DNA of 39,297 nt from Myxococcota bacterium. Lineage in GTDB: Bacteria; Myxococcota; Myxococcia; Myxococcales; Myxococcaceae. Position 1 is the stretch's first letter, and every line of letters starts with the position of its first letter. The translations under genes and the position numbers were made by a program. The stretch covers positions 1 to 39,297 of the forward strand of contig JBMORE010000008.1 of assembly GCA_049322255.1 (NCBI GenBank), written 5' to 3'. Positions 26,402 to 35,173 of the stretch are shown in pieces. The notes below the pieces were generated by a model, which saw nothing but the letters and a program-made list of their open reading frames with translations, made no database searches and was not told the DNA's origin.

Positions 26402-27244
26402 ATGGGTTTCGCGCGAACGCACCTGGGCCACGGCGTTGGGCTTCGACCCAAACATTACGGGCGTATGCTCGAGCAAAGGCCGCCCGTTGATTGGGTCGAG
26501 GCCATCAGCGAAAACTTCATGGCTCCCGGGGGCAGGCCGACCGCCGTCCTGGAGAAGGTGCGGCGCGACGTTCCGGTGGTGCTTCACGGCGTCTCACTCT
26601 CCATCGGCTCGACAGAGCCTCTTTCCACGGCCTACCTGCGAGATTTGAAGGAGCTGGCGACCAAGATCGAGCCCGCTTGGGTATCCGACCACCTCTGCTG
26701 GGGCAGCCACGGCGGGCGGTATGTCCACGACCTTCTGCCGCTCCCCTACACCGAGGAGGCGCTCGAACATGTCATCTCACGCGTGGGCGCCGTGCAGGAC
26801 GTGCTCCGGCGGCAGATTCTGCTCGAGAACGTCTCCAGCTACATCGCGTTCCGCGACTCCACGATGACCGAGTGGGAGTTTCTCTCCGAAGTCGCACAGC
26901 GAGCGGACTGCGGAATCTTACTCGACATCAACAACATCTACGTGAGCGCCCGAAACCACGGGTTCGAACCGCTGGAGTATTTGAACGCCATCCCCGCCAG
27001 TCGGGTTGGCCAACTTCACCTCGCCGGGCACAGCGACAAGGGGAAGTACCTCTTGGACACCCACGACGGCCCGGTCGCCGATGAGGTCTGGCAGCTTTAC
27101 CGCCAAGCCGTGCGCAGGTTTGGGCGCGTTTCAACGCTCATCGAGTGGGATGACAACGTTCCGGGGCTCGACGAGCTGGTCGCGCAGAGTCAGAAGGCGG
27201 CGGCACTCGAGGGCGAAGTGTTGACGCAGGAGGCCGGCGGATGA
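26402..27244 (+). CDS. bufB: DUF692 multinuclear non-heme iron oxidative enzyme (MNIO, BufB-like)
   Basis: 'GVGLR..HY', 'SENF', 'HGVSLSIGS', 'VSDHLCW', 'DLLPLPY', 'LENVSSY', 'LLDINN', 'HLAGH', 'DTH', 'LIEWD'. Confidence 0.95.
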   Translation: MGFARTHLGHGVGLRPKHYGRMLEQRPPVDWVEAISENFMAPGGRPTAVLEKVRRDVPVVLHGVSLSIGSTEPLSTAYLRDLKELATKIEPAWVSDHLCWGSHGGRYVHDLLPLPYTEEALEHVISRVGAVQDVLRRQILLENVSSYIAFRDSTMTEWEFLSEVAQRADCGILLDINNIYVSARNHGFEPLEYLNAIPASRVGQLHLAGHSDKGKYLLDTHDGPVADEVWQLYRQAVRRFGRVSTLIEWDDNVPGLDELVAQSQKAAALEGEVLTQEAGG

Positions 27245-28029
27245 AGCTCGCCGAAACACAGGCGCTGTTTTTCCGCCTGGTGACCCGAGCCTCCGGTGTC
27301 GGCCGCGATGAGGCAGAGCGTTGCTTCCTGGGTTCGCCCCAGATGCCTGTCGCCGAGCGGATTGAGGTCTACTCGAACATGTACCTGTGGCGGCTGGTCG
27401 ATGCTCTGCGCGAGGAATTCCCCAAGCTCGCGGCGGCAATGGGTGACGAGGGTTTCTACGAGCTGTGCGAAAGCTACGTGCGCGCGTACCCCTCGGAGCA
27501 TCCCGATCTCCGCCACCTGGGGCGCCACCTCGCGCAGCACCTTCGAGACCAGGACTGGGGTCGCTCCGACTTCTCCGACCTTGCCACCCTCGAATGGGCG
27601 CGCTCGGAGGTGTTCTTCGAGGCGCCCGCGACCAGCGCCAGTGCCAGTGTGCTGGCGTCTCTTGGGGAGCAGTTCGCCAACGCGAGATTGAAGCTCATTC
27701 CTGCCCTTCGCCTGCTGAGGCTGCGACACGACGTCGTGGAGGTCTGGCGGTGCCTGGAAGATTCAAGGACGGTGAGCCCCCCTTCCGTTCGTCCAACGGC
27801 GGTCGCCGTCTGGCGGCGGGACTTCGATGTCTTTCACACCCCACTGGAGCTCGACGAGTCCCTCGCGCTGGAACGAGCGATGGCCAGCCGCCCGCTTGCA
27901 GAAGTGTGCGCCGCTTTCGAGGGCCGGAGCGCACCCGCCGAGGCTGCGTTTGCCGCACTGGGTAGTTGGCTCGCCGAGGGCTGGGTCGAGGCGGTGAGTG
28001 CGGCGGATGCCGATGGATGTGCCCATTGA
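27241..28029 (+). CDS. bufC: DUF2063 (BufC/HvfC-like) MNIO partner protein
   Basis: 'ERIEVYSNMY..RLVDALREEFP', 'YVRAYPS', 'DLATLEWA', 'VWR'; ATGA overlap with DUF692. Confidence 0.88.
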   Translation: MKLAETQALFFRLVTRASGVGRDEAERCFLGSPQMPVAERIEVYSNMYLWRLVDALREEFPKLAAAMGDEGFYELCESYVRAYPSEHPDLRHLGRHLAQHLRDQDWGRSDFSDLATLEWARSEVFFEAPATSASASVLASLGEQFANARLKLIPALRLLRLRHDVVEVWRCLEDSRTVSPPSVRPTAVAVWRRDFDVFHTPLELDESLALERAMASRPLAEVCAAFEGRSAPAEAAFAALGSWLAEGWVEAVSAADADGCAH

Positions 28030-28336
28030 TGCAGACGCGTCGGTGCTGCGCGTCGCGCGGGTTCGCGCCCTCGGTAATCTGCCATGAACGACGGCACCTC
28101 TCCTGGACGCCCGCCGCGCCCGGGTGGTCCAGGTCTATGCCCATCAGAAGTGGCACCTTGAACGTGCGTTCGTCCTTCTCGAATGCGTCGGCGCAGACCC
28201 GGCAGACGGGAACGGTCAGGCGCTGGAAAGAGGGAGGCGTTGTCGTCGGATACCAACTCAACGGGAGAATGTGTTCCTTCTCTGTCGCGGGCGAGGCCAA
28301 GCAGAAGACACACAGCTTCTTCTGCCGTTTTCCCAT
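28030..28336 (-). pseudogene. Zn-finger HNH-like protein, probably 3'-truncated (frame runs to 27695 antisense to bufC)
   Basis: CxxC (CVFC)...EHILP...LTVPVCxxC(A)...KDE is an HNH layout. After ~aa 100 the frame becomes Pro/Arg-rich antisense sequence of bufC. ATG directly follows the upstream TGA. Confidence 0.6.
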
Positions 28337-28915
28337 TCAGGCCACCCGCGCCAGAGATCCGGCGCCCAGTGCACCTGGTGATTTCTGCTTCAGGTAGGAA
28401 ATACGCAGCCTCGCCCATCTCCACGCAGTCCAGCGCCCCAGGATGAAGCCCTGCAGTTCGCGATGTAGCTGCTCAAGCGTTTTGTCCAACGTAGCCGGTA
28501 GCTCCTTCTTGGCCTTCGTCCACGAGTCGTTCATCTCCCGTACATAGGCGCCGGGGGCGTCCTTGTTTTGTCCTCGATAAATCTCGTAATTCCCGTGATG
28601 CGCGCGGAGTTCAGCCAAGCGGCTGAACACACCGTCGATCTGCTCGACGAGGTCTGGGTGCATCAGCAGCCGCGCCCGCTGGAACGCCTTCAGAGTCCTG
28701 GGAAAGATCGAGGCCATCTCCTCCTCGAACTGCTCGGGACTCCTAACGCCGTTCACCCAATGGAAGACGGCAAGATGCAGGTCAGAGAATGCCTCCCAGA
28801 TCTCCATTACGAGCTGGAGACGGGTCTTGAGCATTTCCTCTTGCTTGAGCTTCCACAGCCAAAACGCCCCGAGTACAAGCGGGACAAGTTGGAGCGCGTC
28901 GAGCCACTTCTCCAT
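28337..28915 (-). CDS. Hypothetical protein, N-terminal TM + helical domain
   Basis: MEKWLDALQLVPLVLGAFWLWKLK… (192 aa). ATG overlaps the upstream stop (TGATG); its own TGA abuts the next ATG. Confidence 0.75.
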   Translation of the reverse strand: MEKWLDALQLVPLVLGAFWLWKLKQEEMLKTRLQLVMEIWEAFSDLHLAVFHWVNGVRSPEQFEEEMASIFPRTLKAFQRARLLMHPDLVEQIDGVFSRLAELRAHHGNYEIYRGQNKDAPGAYVREMNDSWTKAKKELPATLDKTLEQLHRELQGFILGRWTAWRWARLRISYLKQKSPGALGAGSLARVA

Positions 28916-29427
28916 CAACTCTTGTCCTTCGGGCGCAGCGTCGTCCCATAGATGGTCCCACCGAAGACGCTCGTGATGACGACCGTGGCCAGGACTGAGA
29001 ACACCTGCCCATCCACCACCTTGGTCCACGCCATCCAGCCCAATAGTCCCAGCGCCGCCAAACCGAGCACCAAAAGATTTCGAAGGAACTTGTTTGCGAT
29101 CTCCCCGTAGAGCTTCTGCGTCTGGTCGGCGCTCACCGCCCTCGCCTTCTCCACCTCGGCCTGGGCAAGTGCCTGCGCCTTCGCTTTCTCCAGCTCGGCT
29201 CCTGCCTTTGCTCCGATCACCTCGATGAGTCCCTCGACGAGCCTGAGAACGGTCGGTGAACCGAGCACTGCGGAAAGCTGGTTGGTGGTCGCCTTGATCT
29301 CCTCGGGCGTGGCCATGTCGGGTGGCCGGGCTGCTTCGACCTTGATCTGAACGGGAGTGCCGACCGGGACTTGCACCGAATCGGCGCCATTGCGTGTACC
29401 AGCTGCTGTTGCGGCCTCATGTTCCAT
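28915..29427 (-). CDS. Hypothetical protein, coiled coil + two C-terminal TM helices
   Basis: ATG 29427 after GGAGG; AELEKAKAQALAQAEVEKARA coil; TM 'LLVLGLAALGLLGWMAW' and 'VFSVLATVVITSVFGG'. Confidence 0.8.
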   Translation of the reverse strand: MEHEAATAAGTRNGADSVQVPVGTPVQIKVEAARPPDMATPEEIKATTNQLSAVLGSPTVLRLVEGLIEVIGAKAGAELEKAKAQALAQAEVEKARAVSADQTQKLYGEIANKFLRNLLVLGLAALGLLGWMAWTKVVDGQVFSVLATVVITSVFGGTIYGTTLRPKDKS

Positions 29428-29718
29428 TAAAACCTCCAAGTGGTCGGGGCCTGTACCACACCAGCCTGACGAGGGATCTCGAAGGGCGGCGAGAACCGTC
29501 ACCAGGAGTCCCCGATGCCTCCCGCCAACCTTCGCGAACCGCATGTCGCAATGTCCCTCGCCGCAAACTCGGACCGTCTCAAGGGCAGCGAGGCACTTCT
29601 ATCGGACAGCTCTCGACATGTCCTATGTGAATCCGGCCTGTTTCTGGCCGGTTACGATCGCACCGGGACTCAAGCGCTACCGCCGTTACGCGTTCCGTCC
29701 TTGAGGCCGAGCTCGAAT

Positions 29719-29762
29719 CACGACACGAAAGACGACATCGGGATGTCGCGATTGATGTCGTC
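29719..29762. repeat. 44-bp imperfect palindrome with four CGACAY half-sites
   Basis: CGACAC(29721)-N6-CGACAT(29733)-CGGG-ATGTCG(29743)-N6-ATGTCG(29755). Confidence 0.8.
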
Positions 29763-31161
29763 ATTCGCCGGCCCCCTCGGTGGCGATGTAGCGCGCTCCT
29801 CGCCCGTGACCGGCAAGGCGGATGAGCCCAAGCTCGCGTAGACGATCGAGGTCCCTCTGCACCGTTCGCTCGGTCACACCGCCGCCTGCAGCCGCAACGA
29901 TACCTGTCAAGGCTGAAGCCCCGACTCGAATCGCCGCAAGTATCTTCCGCTGCCGCTCAGTGATCGCCGGCGGAGCCGGCAGCTCCAACGGGAAGGCCGG
30001 CCAGAACCGCACCCCCACTTCGCCGCCCTGCTCGACGAACTCAGGCTGGCGCGCTCCTGCGGCTTCGCAGAGCTCGACGATCTTCTGGGTGCCGCGGCCC
30101 CACTTCTCGATGTAGCCGCGCCGATAGAACACGTCCGCGATGAGCTCGTTCCTTCGAACCGAGGGATGGTTCTTGACCAGTTGCTCAGGCGTGATCCTTC
30201 CGGGAAGTCGGCCGTAGCTCCAGACCTCCAGGCGATCGTCGAAGATCGCGATCCCGATGCTGGCCCCATCCTCGCTGTAGTCGCGATGGCAGATCGCGTT
30301 AACCAGGGCCTCGCGAAGCGCCTCAGGCGGGTACTGCGGCCGGTCCTCGCGCCGCATCCTCCCCGGGATGATCTTGCTCGCGATCGGCACGTGCATGTCG
30401 AGAAATGCCTCGGCATGGCGCAGCAGATCGAACGCGTGCCCGTGGAACTGGCGGTTGTCGGCGAACTCCGACTTGGTTGTTCCTCTGAATCGTGCGACGC
30501 GGATCGCGCACTGCGGAAACCGCGCCTCGAGTCCCTTGCCGAAGAGCACGACGGCCGCCTGCGTTGGCGTCTGCCCCGAAAGAAGGTGTAGCCGATCGAG
30601 GATCGCCCGCGGGCTCTCGGTCGGAACGGCGGCGAGACGCTTGGCCGCCACCGCGTCGTCGACGGTTCGACGGATCTCGTCGGCATCAAGGTCCTTGATG
30701 GTCACGCCGACGGCTGGGAGGTTCTCCCAGCGGTGCTTGGCGTGGAGCCGCACGAGAAGGAGCTGCTCGAATTCCTCTCGCTTCATGCGCCGAGTCGTGT
30801 TGCCCACACGGATGAAGCTGCGACCGTCGTACGTGTACGGGCCGGCGTCGTTGGACCGGGCGCGAACCACGACGAGACCTTTTCCGCCACCAATCTCGAC
30901 GCGGCTCACCTCGACGTCCGGCGCCGGCTCGATGCTTCGAACCGCGGTGGTAACGTCGTGGAGCGTGTTGTCGGCCACGGTCTGACCGACGATCCGACCG
31001 TCTGGCGCGGCGCCGAAGACCACGGTCCCCCCGCGATTGTTGAGGAACGCGCAGAGCGCTTCCATCCCCTCCCGCAGCTCGCCGGTGCTCCGCTTCAGCT
31101 CGAGCGTCTCCGACTCGCCCTTCGCGATGAGGCGGCGAACTTTCGCAGGGCTCAGCTTCAT
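29761..31161 (-). CDS. Schlafen/AlbA_2 + HATPase_c_4 + C-terminal HTH protein ('RecG-like ATP-binding' family)
   Basis: 'GESETLELKRS…CAFLNNRGGTVVFG…DG'; 'REALVNAICHRDY', 'DDRLEVWSYG', 'RNELIA', 'IEKWGRG'; HTH 'TERTVQRDLDRL..LGLI...GHGRGARY'. ATGA overlap with the M48 gene. Confidence 0.9.
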   Translation of the reverse strand: MKLSPAKVRRLIAKGESETLELKRSTGELREGMEALCAFLNNRGGTVVFGAAPDGRIVGQTVADNTLHDVTTAVRSIEPAPDVEVSRVEIGGGKGLVVVRARSNDAGPYTYDGRSFIRVGNTTRRMKREEFEQLLLVRLHAKHRWENLPAVGVTIKDLDADEIRRTVDDAVAAKRLAAVPTESPRAILDRLHLLSGQTPTQAAVVLFGKGLEARFPQCAIRVARFRGTTKSEFADNRQFHGHAFDLLRHAEAFLDMHVPIASKIIPGRMRREDRPQYPPEALREALVNAICHRDYSEDGASIGIAIFDDRLEVWSYGRLPGRITPEQLVKNHPSVRRNELIADVFYRRGYIEKWGRGTQKIVELCEAAGARQPEFVEQGGEVGVRFWPAFPLELPAPPAITERQRKILAAIRVGASALTGIVAAAGGGVTERTVQRDLDRLRELGLIRLAGHGRGARYIATEGAGE

Positions 31162-31862
31162 ACATCCAGCCCCGCGCCATTCTTCCGCAGCCACTCCTTC
31201 CGCTCACGGAAGTCGGGCATCACCTTGTCGACCTCGTTCCAGAACGCGTCGGTGTGGTCGCGGTGATGGAAGTGGCACAGCTCGTGGACCACGATGTAAT
31301 CAATGATGGTTTGCGGGGCCATCATGCACTTCCAGTGGAAGGCGAGCGCTCCCGTCGGCGAGCACGACGCCCAGCGATTGCCAAGCTCACGAACGTCAAC
31401 CGTCGTGCCGGTCACGCCAACCTTCGGGGCGTAGTAGTCCACCCGCTGGCGCAGGCGCTCGAGGCCGCGCCCGATGTAGTAGTCGCGGAAGGCCGCCTTC
31501 GCGGCAGCGATTTCGCCCTGCTCGACAAGGGCGCAGCGCAGGGTGAAGCGGCCGTTCCTGAGCTGCAGGGGCGCGTCCTGGTCAGCCACGAGGAGGAGGC
31601 GGTAGGCTCGTCCCAGGTAGAGGAAGCCCTCGCCATTCTTGTACTCGCGCAGGACGCGCGTCGCGTTCAAGTCCCGCCACTCGGCCAGGCCCTGGAAGAT
31701 CCAGTAGTGCTTGGAGGTGACGATGTTGGCAATCTGCTCGTCGCCCGCCCACTCAGGGGCGCGAACGAGCACGCTGCCGTCCCGATCGATGATGATGTCC
31801 GCCGTCGACCGACGGCTGCGGACGACCTCGTAGGAGACGCTGCTCTTCTGCGTGTCCTTCAC
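31158..31862 (-). CDS. M48/YgjP (DUF45) family metallohydrolase associated with type I R-M
   Basis: 'VRAP', 'GE.FLYLG', 'RWASCS', 'IDYIVVHELCH', 'H..AFW..V'; GTGA overlap with hsdR. Confidence 0.92.
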   Translation of the reverse strand: MKDTQKSSVSYEVVRSRRSTADIIIDRDGSVLVRAPEWAGDEQIANIVTSKHYWIFQGLAEWRDLNATRVLREYKNGEGFLYLGRAYRLLLVADQDAPLQLRNGRFTLRCALVEQGEIAAAKAAFRDYYIGRGLERLRQRVDYYAPKVGVTGTTVDVRELGNRWASCSPTGALAFHWKCMMAPQTIIDYIVVHELCHFHHRDHTDAFWNEVDKVMPDFRERKEWLRKNGAGLDV

Positions 31863-34800
31863 TTGATCAGCTCCTCGTGCCGCTTCTCGGCGAGCTTCAC
31901 GACCTCGACCGCGATCCTTTCATGCTTGGCGTTCAGGGCCGGAATGTCGGCGAGTAGGATCTCCGTGTCGATGTTGCCCCGGAGCTTCTTGACCTCGATC
32001 GGCTTCTTCCAGAAGTCGAGAACATCGATGGTGTCCTGGAGCATCTCGACGATGCGCAGCATCAGCTTCTTGAGCGGCGCTCTTTGCTCGGCCGGCACCT
32101 CGCCGCCGTCGAAGGCCAGCTGCAAGACGTAGTCGTAGAAGGTGGTGGCCTCCTTGGTGAGGCCCTCCGCCGCCTCGGTGCGTCCCTCGATCGCTTCCCT
32201 GCGGAGGTGCTCGTAGCCCTCTGCGAGCGCCTCCCAGTTGTCGTGGTGCTCCTGGATGAGCTTCTCGAGCTTCTCGCTCAGCCGCTTGTAGAAGGCCGGG
32301 TCCTCGTCGAAATGGACCGTGAAGTGCTTGCGGATGGCGTGCTCCATCTCGCTCGCCTTGGCCTCGGGGCTGCCCTGCGAGTGCTTCTGCACGTGGGCGA
32401 TGAAGTCGTCAGACAGAAGCTCGACGGGCGGGATCTTCGGGTTGATGCCCAGGTCGACGAGGTGCTCGTTGATGAGCGCCTTCACCTTCTCTCCCGCGTC
32501 GCTGATGTCGAGCGAGTCGTCCTTGTAGCGCTCCTTCACCATGCGCAGCAGGTAGCCGAACCGTCGCGCCGCGCCGCGATAGGGGCGCCCCGCCGGGTTC
32601 GGCAGGATGAGGTTCAGGCTCTGGAGGAACTTCTTGAAGTAGACCTCGAAGTCAGCTCGCGGCTTGATCTCCTTGAGTGCGGCCACAGCCGCGTGAAGGA
32701 CCGCTACCTCGGCCTCAGGGCTCGGAAGCGTGCCCTTGACGAAGCCCTCGATCTGCGAGACGCCGGCCGAGCGGAAGTGCTGCAAGAGCCGCTGGTAGCG
32801 TTCCTCGAGAATCGGCATCTCGCTCAGGATGCTCTTCAAGCCCTCGCGGATGTCCTCCGCGTCTTCCTCGGCGTAAATGGACAGGGCGTAGGTCAGGTGG
32901 TTCGCGAGCCCGATGTAGTCGACGATGAAGCCCCTGTGTTTGTTGTTGGCCACGCGGTTCACCCGCGCGATGGCTTGCAGCAGGTTGTGCTCGCGCAGCT
33001 TCTTGTCGATGTACATGACCTGTTCGACCGGCGCGTCGAAGCCGGTGAGCAGCATGTCGCAGACGATGAGGAACGCGATGCCCGTGAGCACCTTGTCGGG
33101 GTCGTCGAAGTCGAACGGCTTGCAGAAGTTCTCGACCGCGTTCCAGCGCCTGGCTTCTTTCCGCGCCTCGGTGATCGCCGCGGGCTCGTTCGTCGGGTCT
33201 GACGACACGACCACCACCGCCTTGAGGAGCTCGATGCGCCGGATGAGCCCCTGGTCGGGATGGGCCTTCACCTTCTCGCGGTCGAGCCGCTCCTGGATCG
33301 CGCTGCGGATGGCTTTCTGGTAGCGGAGCGCGGCCAGCTTCGAGTGGCACAAGACCTGGGCCTTGAAGCCGTCCGGCAGGATGTTGTCGATGTAATGTTC
33401 GACCAGGTCCTTGGCGATGGCGGCGATGCGCTTCTCGGCCTCGAGGATGTCGCCGGTGGCCCCGTACTTCTTCTTGATGGCGAGGATCTCCTCCTCGCTT
33501 CGTTCCTTGAAGAGGTCCTCGAACTTGGTGTCGAAGCCGTGCTTGTTCTTGAGCGCCGTCTCCGCCGTCCGGCCCTCGTAGAGGATCTGCAGCGTGGCGC
33601 CATCATGTACCGAGTCCATCAGCTTGTAGGTGTCGATGTACTCGCCGAAGCGCTTCACGGTGCGCTTGGTGCCGTGCTGCTCGGTGATGAGTGGGGTTCC
33701 GGTGAAGGCGATGCGGGTCGCGTTGGGGAACGCCTCGAACAGGTTCTCCCCCAGATCGGAGCCCTGCGTGCGATGGGCCTCGTCGATCATGATCAGAATG
33801 CGCTGGGACGGATTGACGACACCGAAGGTCTTGCTCGAGGGAACGGCGCCGTAGTGCGCGACCGGCTCGGCTGCCATGAGGACGCCGTCCGGTCGGTTCA
33901 TCGCGGCCCTCGGCCGTTTCAGCGCTTGAGCGATGGTGGCCGGCAAGGCCTCAGCTCGCTCGGCGAACTTGTGCACCATCACCATGTTGACGTCCGACGT
34001 AGCGGTGCTCAGGTGCTCGCGGAGATCGGCCGTGCTCTCGATGACATTGACCTTGCCGCCAATGAGCTTCGCCGTGCCGGTGAGCTGCTCTTCCAGGTCG
34101 ATGCGGTCGTTGACGAGGAGGATCTTGAAGTCCTCGAGGTCCGCCGCAGCACGGATCATCCGAGCGACGAAGACCATGGTCAGCGACTTGCCGGAGCCCT
34201 GGGTGTGCCAGACGACTCCCGAGCGTGAGTCCGGGGTCCTGCCGGCGCGCAGGCGGTCGACGATCTTCCGGGCTGCTCGGTACTGCTGGTAGCGGCCGAC
34301 GACCTTGATGCGCCGCCCGGCATCCGTGTCCATGAACACCGTGCAGGTGCGCAGCACGTCGAGCAGGGTCGCCGGGGGGAGGAGCCCCTGAACCAGCTTC
34401 TCCTGCTCCCGTTCCACTCCGAGCGGTGGAGTGTAAGCTCGGTTGATCTCGGGCCAGATGTCCTTCCACGCGTAGAAGTGCTCGTGGCCGGAGGTGATGG
34501 TGCCGAACTCGGCCTTCTCCCCGCAGGTGCGCACCAGCAGAAGGTTCGTGTAGAAGAACCTGGGCTCACCCTCGCGCAGGCCGGCCCTGAGGGTCTCGGC
34601 GCGCCCGTTGCGGTAGCGCAGGAGCTGCTCGAAGGCTGCGTGCAGCGGATTCGCCGTGTTGGGGTCGCCGATCTTGGCCTCGACCACCACGAGCGGGATG
34701 CCGTTCACGAACAGGACGATGTCCGGAATGATGCAGCTCTTCACGCAGCCGGGCGTGTCGATGCGGAACTGGTTGATGGCGTGGAACTGGTTGCGCTCGG

Positions 34801-35173
34801 GGTGCGAGAAGTCGATGAGCTTCACCACCGGGTCGGACTCGCCGGTGACTTCGTTGCGATCGACCTGAGCCTTGAGGAACAGGGCCTGCGCCGTTTCGTT
34901 CGCCTCGAGCAGGGTGCGGTTGGGCTGGCGTAGAATCTGGTCGCGTGAGTCGTCGAGCTGGCGATCGGTGAGCCAAGGTTTGCCGTCCGCGGTGACGTTG
35001 ATCGACCGGACCGCGTCGCGAAACACCTGGGACAGAATCCACTCGCGGAAGCTGGCGCGCAGGCTTGCTGCGGGCTCAGACGGGATGAAGCCTTGCCCCT
35101 GGTCGATGACCGTCCACCCCAGCGCCTTGAGCTGGTCGAGGAACGGCTTCTCGACGTGGAGGTACTCAGACAT
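31859..35173 (-). CDS. hsdR: Type I restriction endonuclease subunit R
   Basis: PD-ExK 'IPDIVLFVNGIPLVVVEAK'; Walker A 'WHTQGSGKSLTM'; 'IDEAHRTQ'; 'FTGTP'; 'MLLTGFDAP'; 'LQAIARVNR'. ATG 35173 overlaps the hsdS end. Confidence 0.97.
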   Translation of the reverse strand: MSEYLHVEKPFLDQLKALGWTVIDQGQGFIPSEPAASLRASFREWILSQVFRDAVRSINVTADGKPWLTDRQLDDSRDQILRQPNRTLLEANETAQALFLKAQVDRNEVTGESDPVVKLIDFSHPERNQFHAINQFRIDTPGCVKSCIIPDIVLFVNGIPLVVVEAKIGDPNTANPLHAAFEQLLRYRNGRAETLRAGLREGEPRFFYTNLLLVRTCGEKAEFGTITSGHEHFYAWKDIWPEINRAYTPPLGVEREQEKLVQGLLPPATLLDVLRTCTVFMDTDAGRRIKVVGRYQQYRAARKIVDRLRAGRTPDSRSGVVWHTQGSGKSLTMVFVARMIRAAADLEDFKILLVNDRIDLEEQLTGTAKLIGGKVNVIESTADLREHLSTATSDVNMVMVHKFAERAEALPATIAQALKRPRAAMNRPDGVLMAAEPVAHYGAVPSSKTFGVVNPSQRILIMIDEAHRTQGSDLGENLFEAFPNATRIAFTGTPLITEQHGTKRTVKRFGEYIDTYKLMDSVHDGATLQILYEGRTAETALKNKHGFDTKFEDLFKERSEEEILAIKKKYGATGDILEAEKRIAAIAKDLVEHYIDNILPDGFKAQVLCHSKLAALRYQKAIRSAIQERLDREKVKAHPDQGLIRRIELLKAVVVVSSDPTNEPAAITEARKEARRWNAVENFCKPFDFDDPDKVLTGIAFLIVCDMLLTGFDAPVEQVMYIDKKLREHNLLQAIARVNRVANNKHRGFIVDYIGLANHLTYALSIYAEEDAEDIREGLKSILSEMPILEERYQRLLQHFRSAGVSQIEGFVKGTLPSPEAEVAVLHAAVAALKEIKPRADFEVYFKKFLQSLNLILPNPAGRPYRGAARRFGYLLRMVKERYKDDSLDISDAGEKVKALINEHLVDLGINPKIPPVELLSDDFIAHVQKHSQGSPEAKASEMEHAIRKHFTVHFDEDPAFYKRLSEKLEKLIQEHHDNWEALAEGYEHLRREAIEGRTEAAEGLTKEATTFYDYVLQLAFDGGEVPAEQRAPLKKLMLRIVEMLQDTIDVLDFWKKPIEVKKLRGNIDTEILLADIPALNAKHERIAVEVVKLAEKRHEELIK

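Noticed and set aside
27695..28029. Genuine overlapping antisense coding between the HNH frame and bufC
   Set aside because: The overlapping HNH-frame translation is low-complexity Pro/Arg sequence, better explained by truncation.
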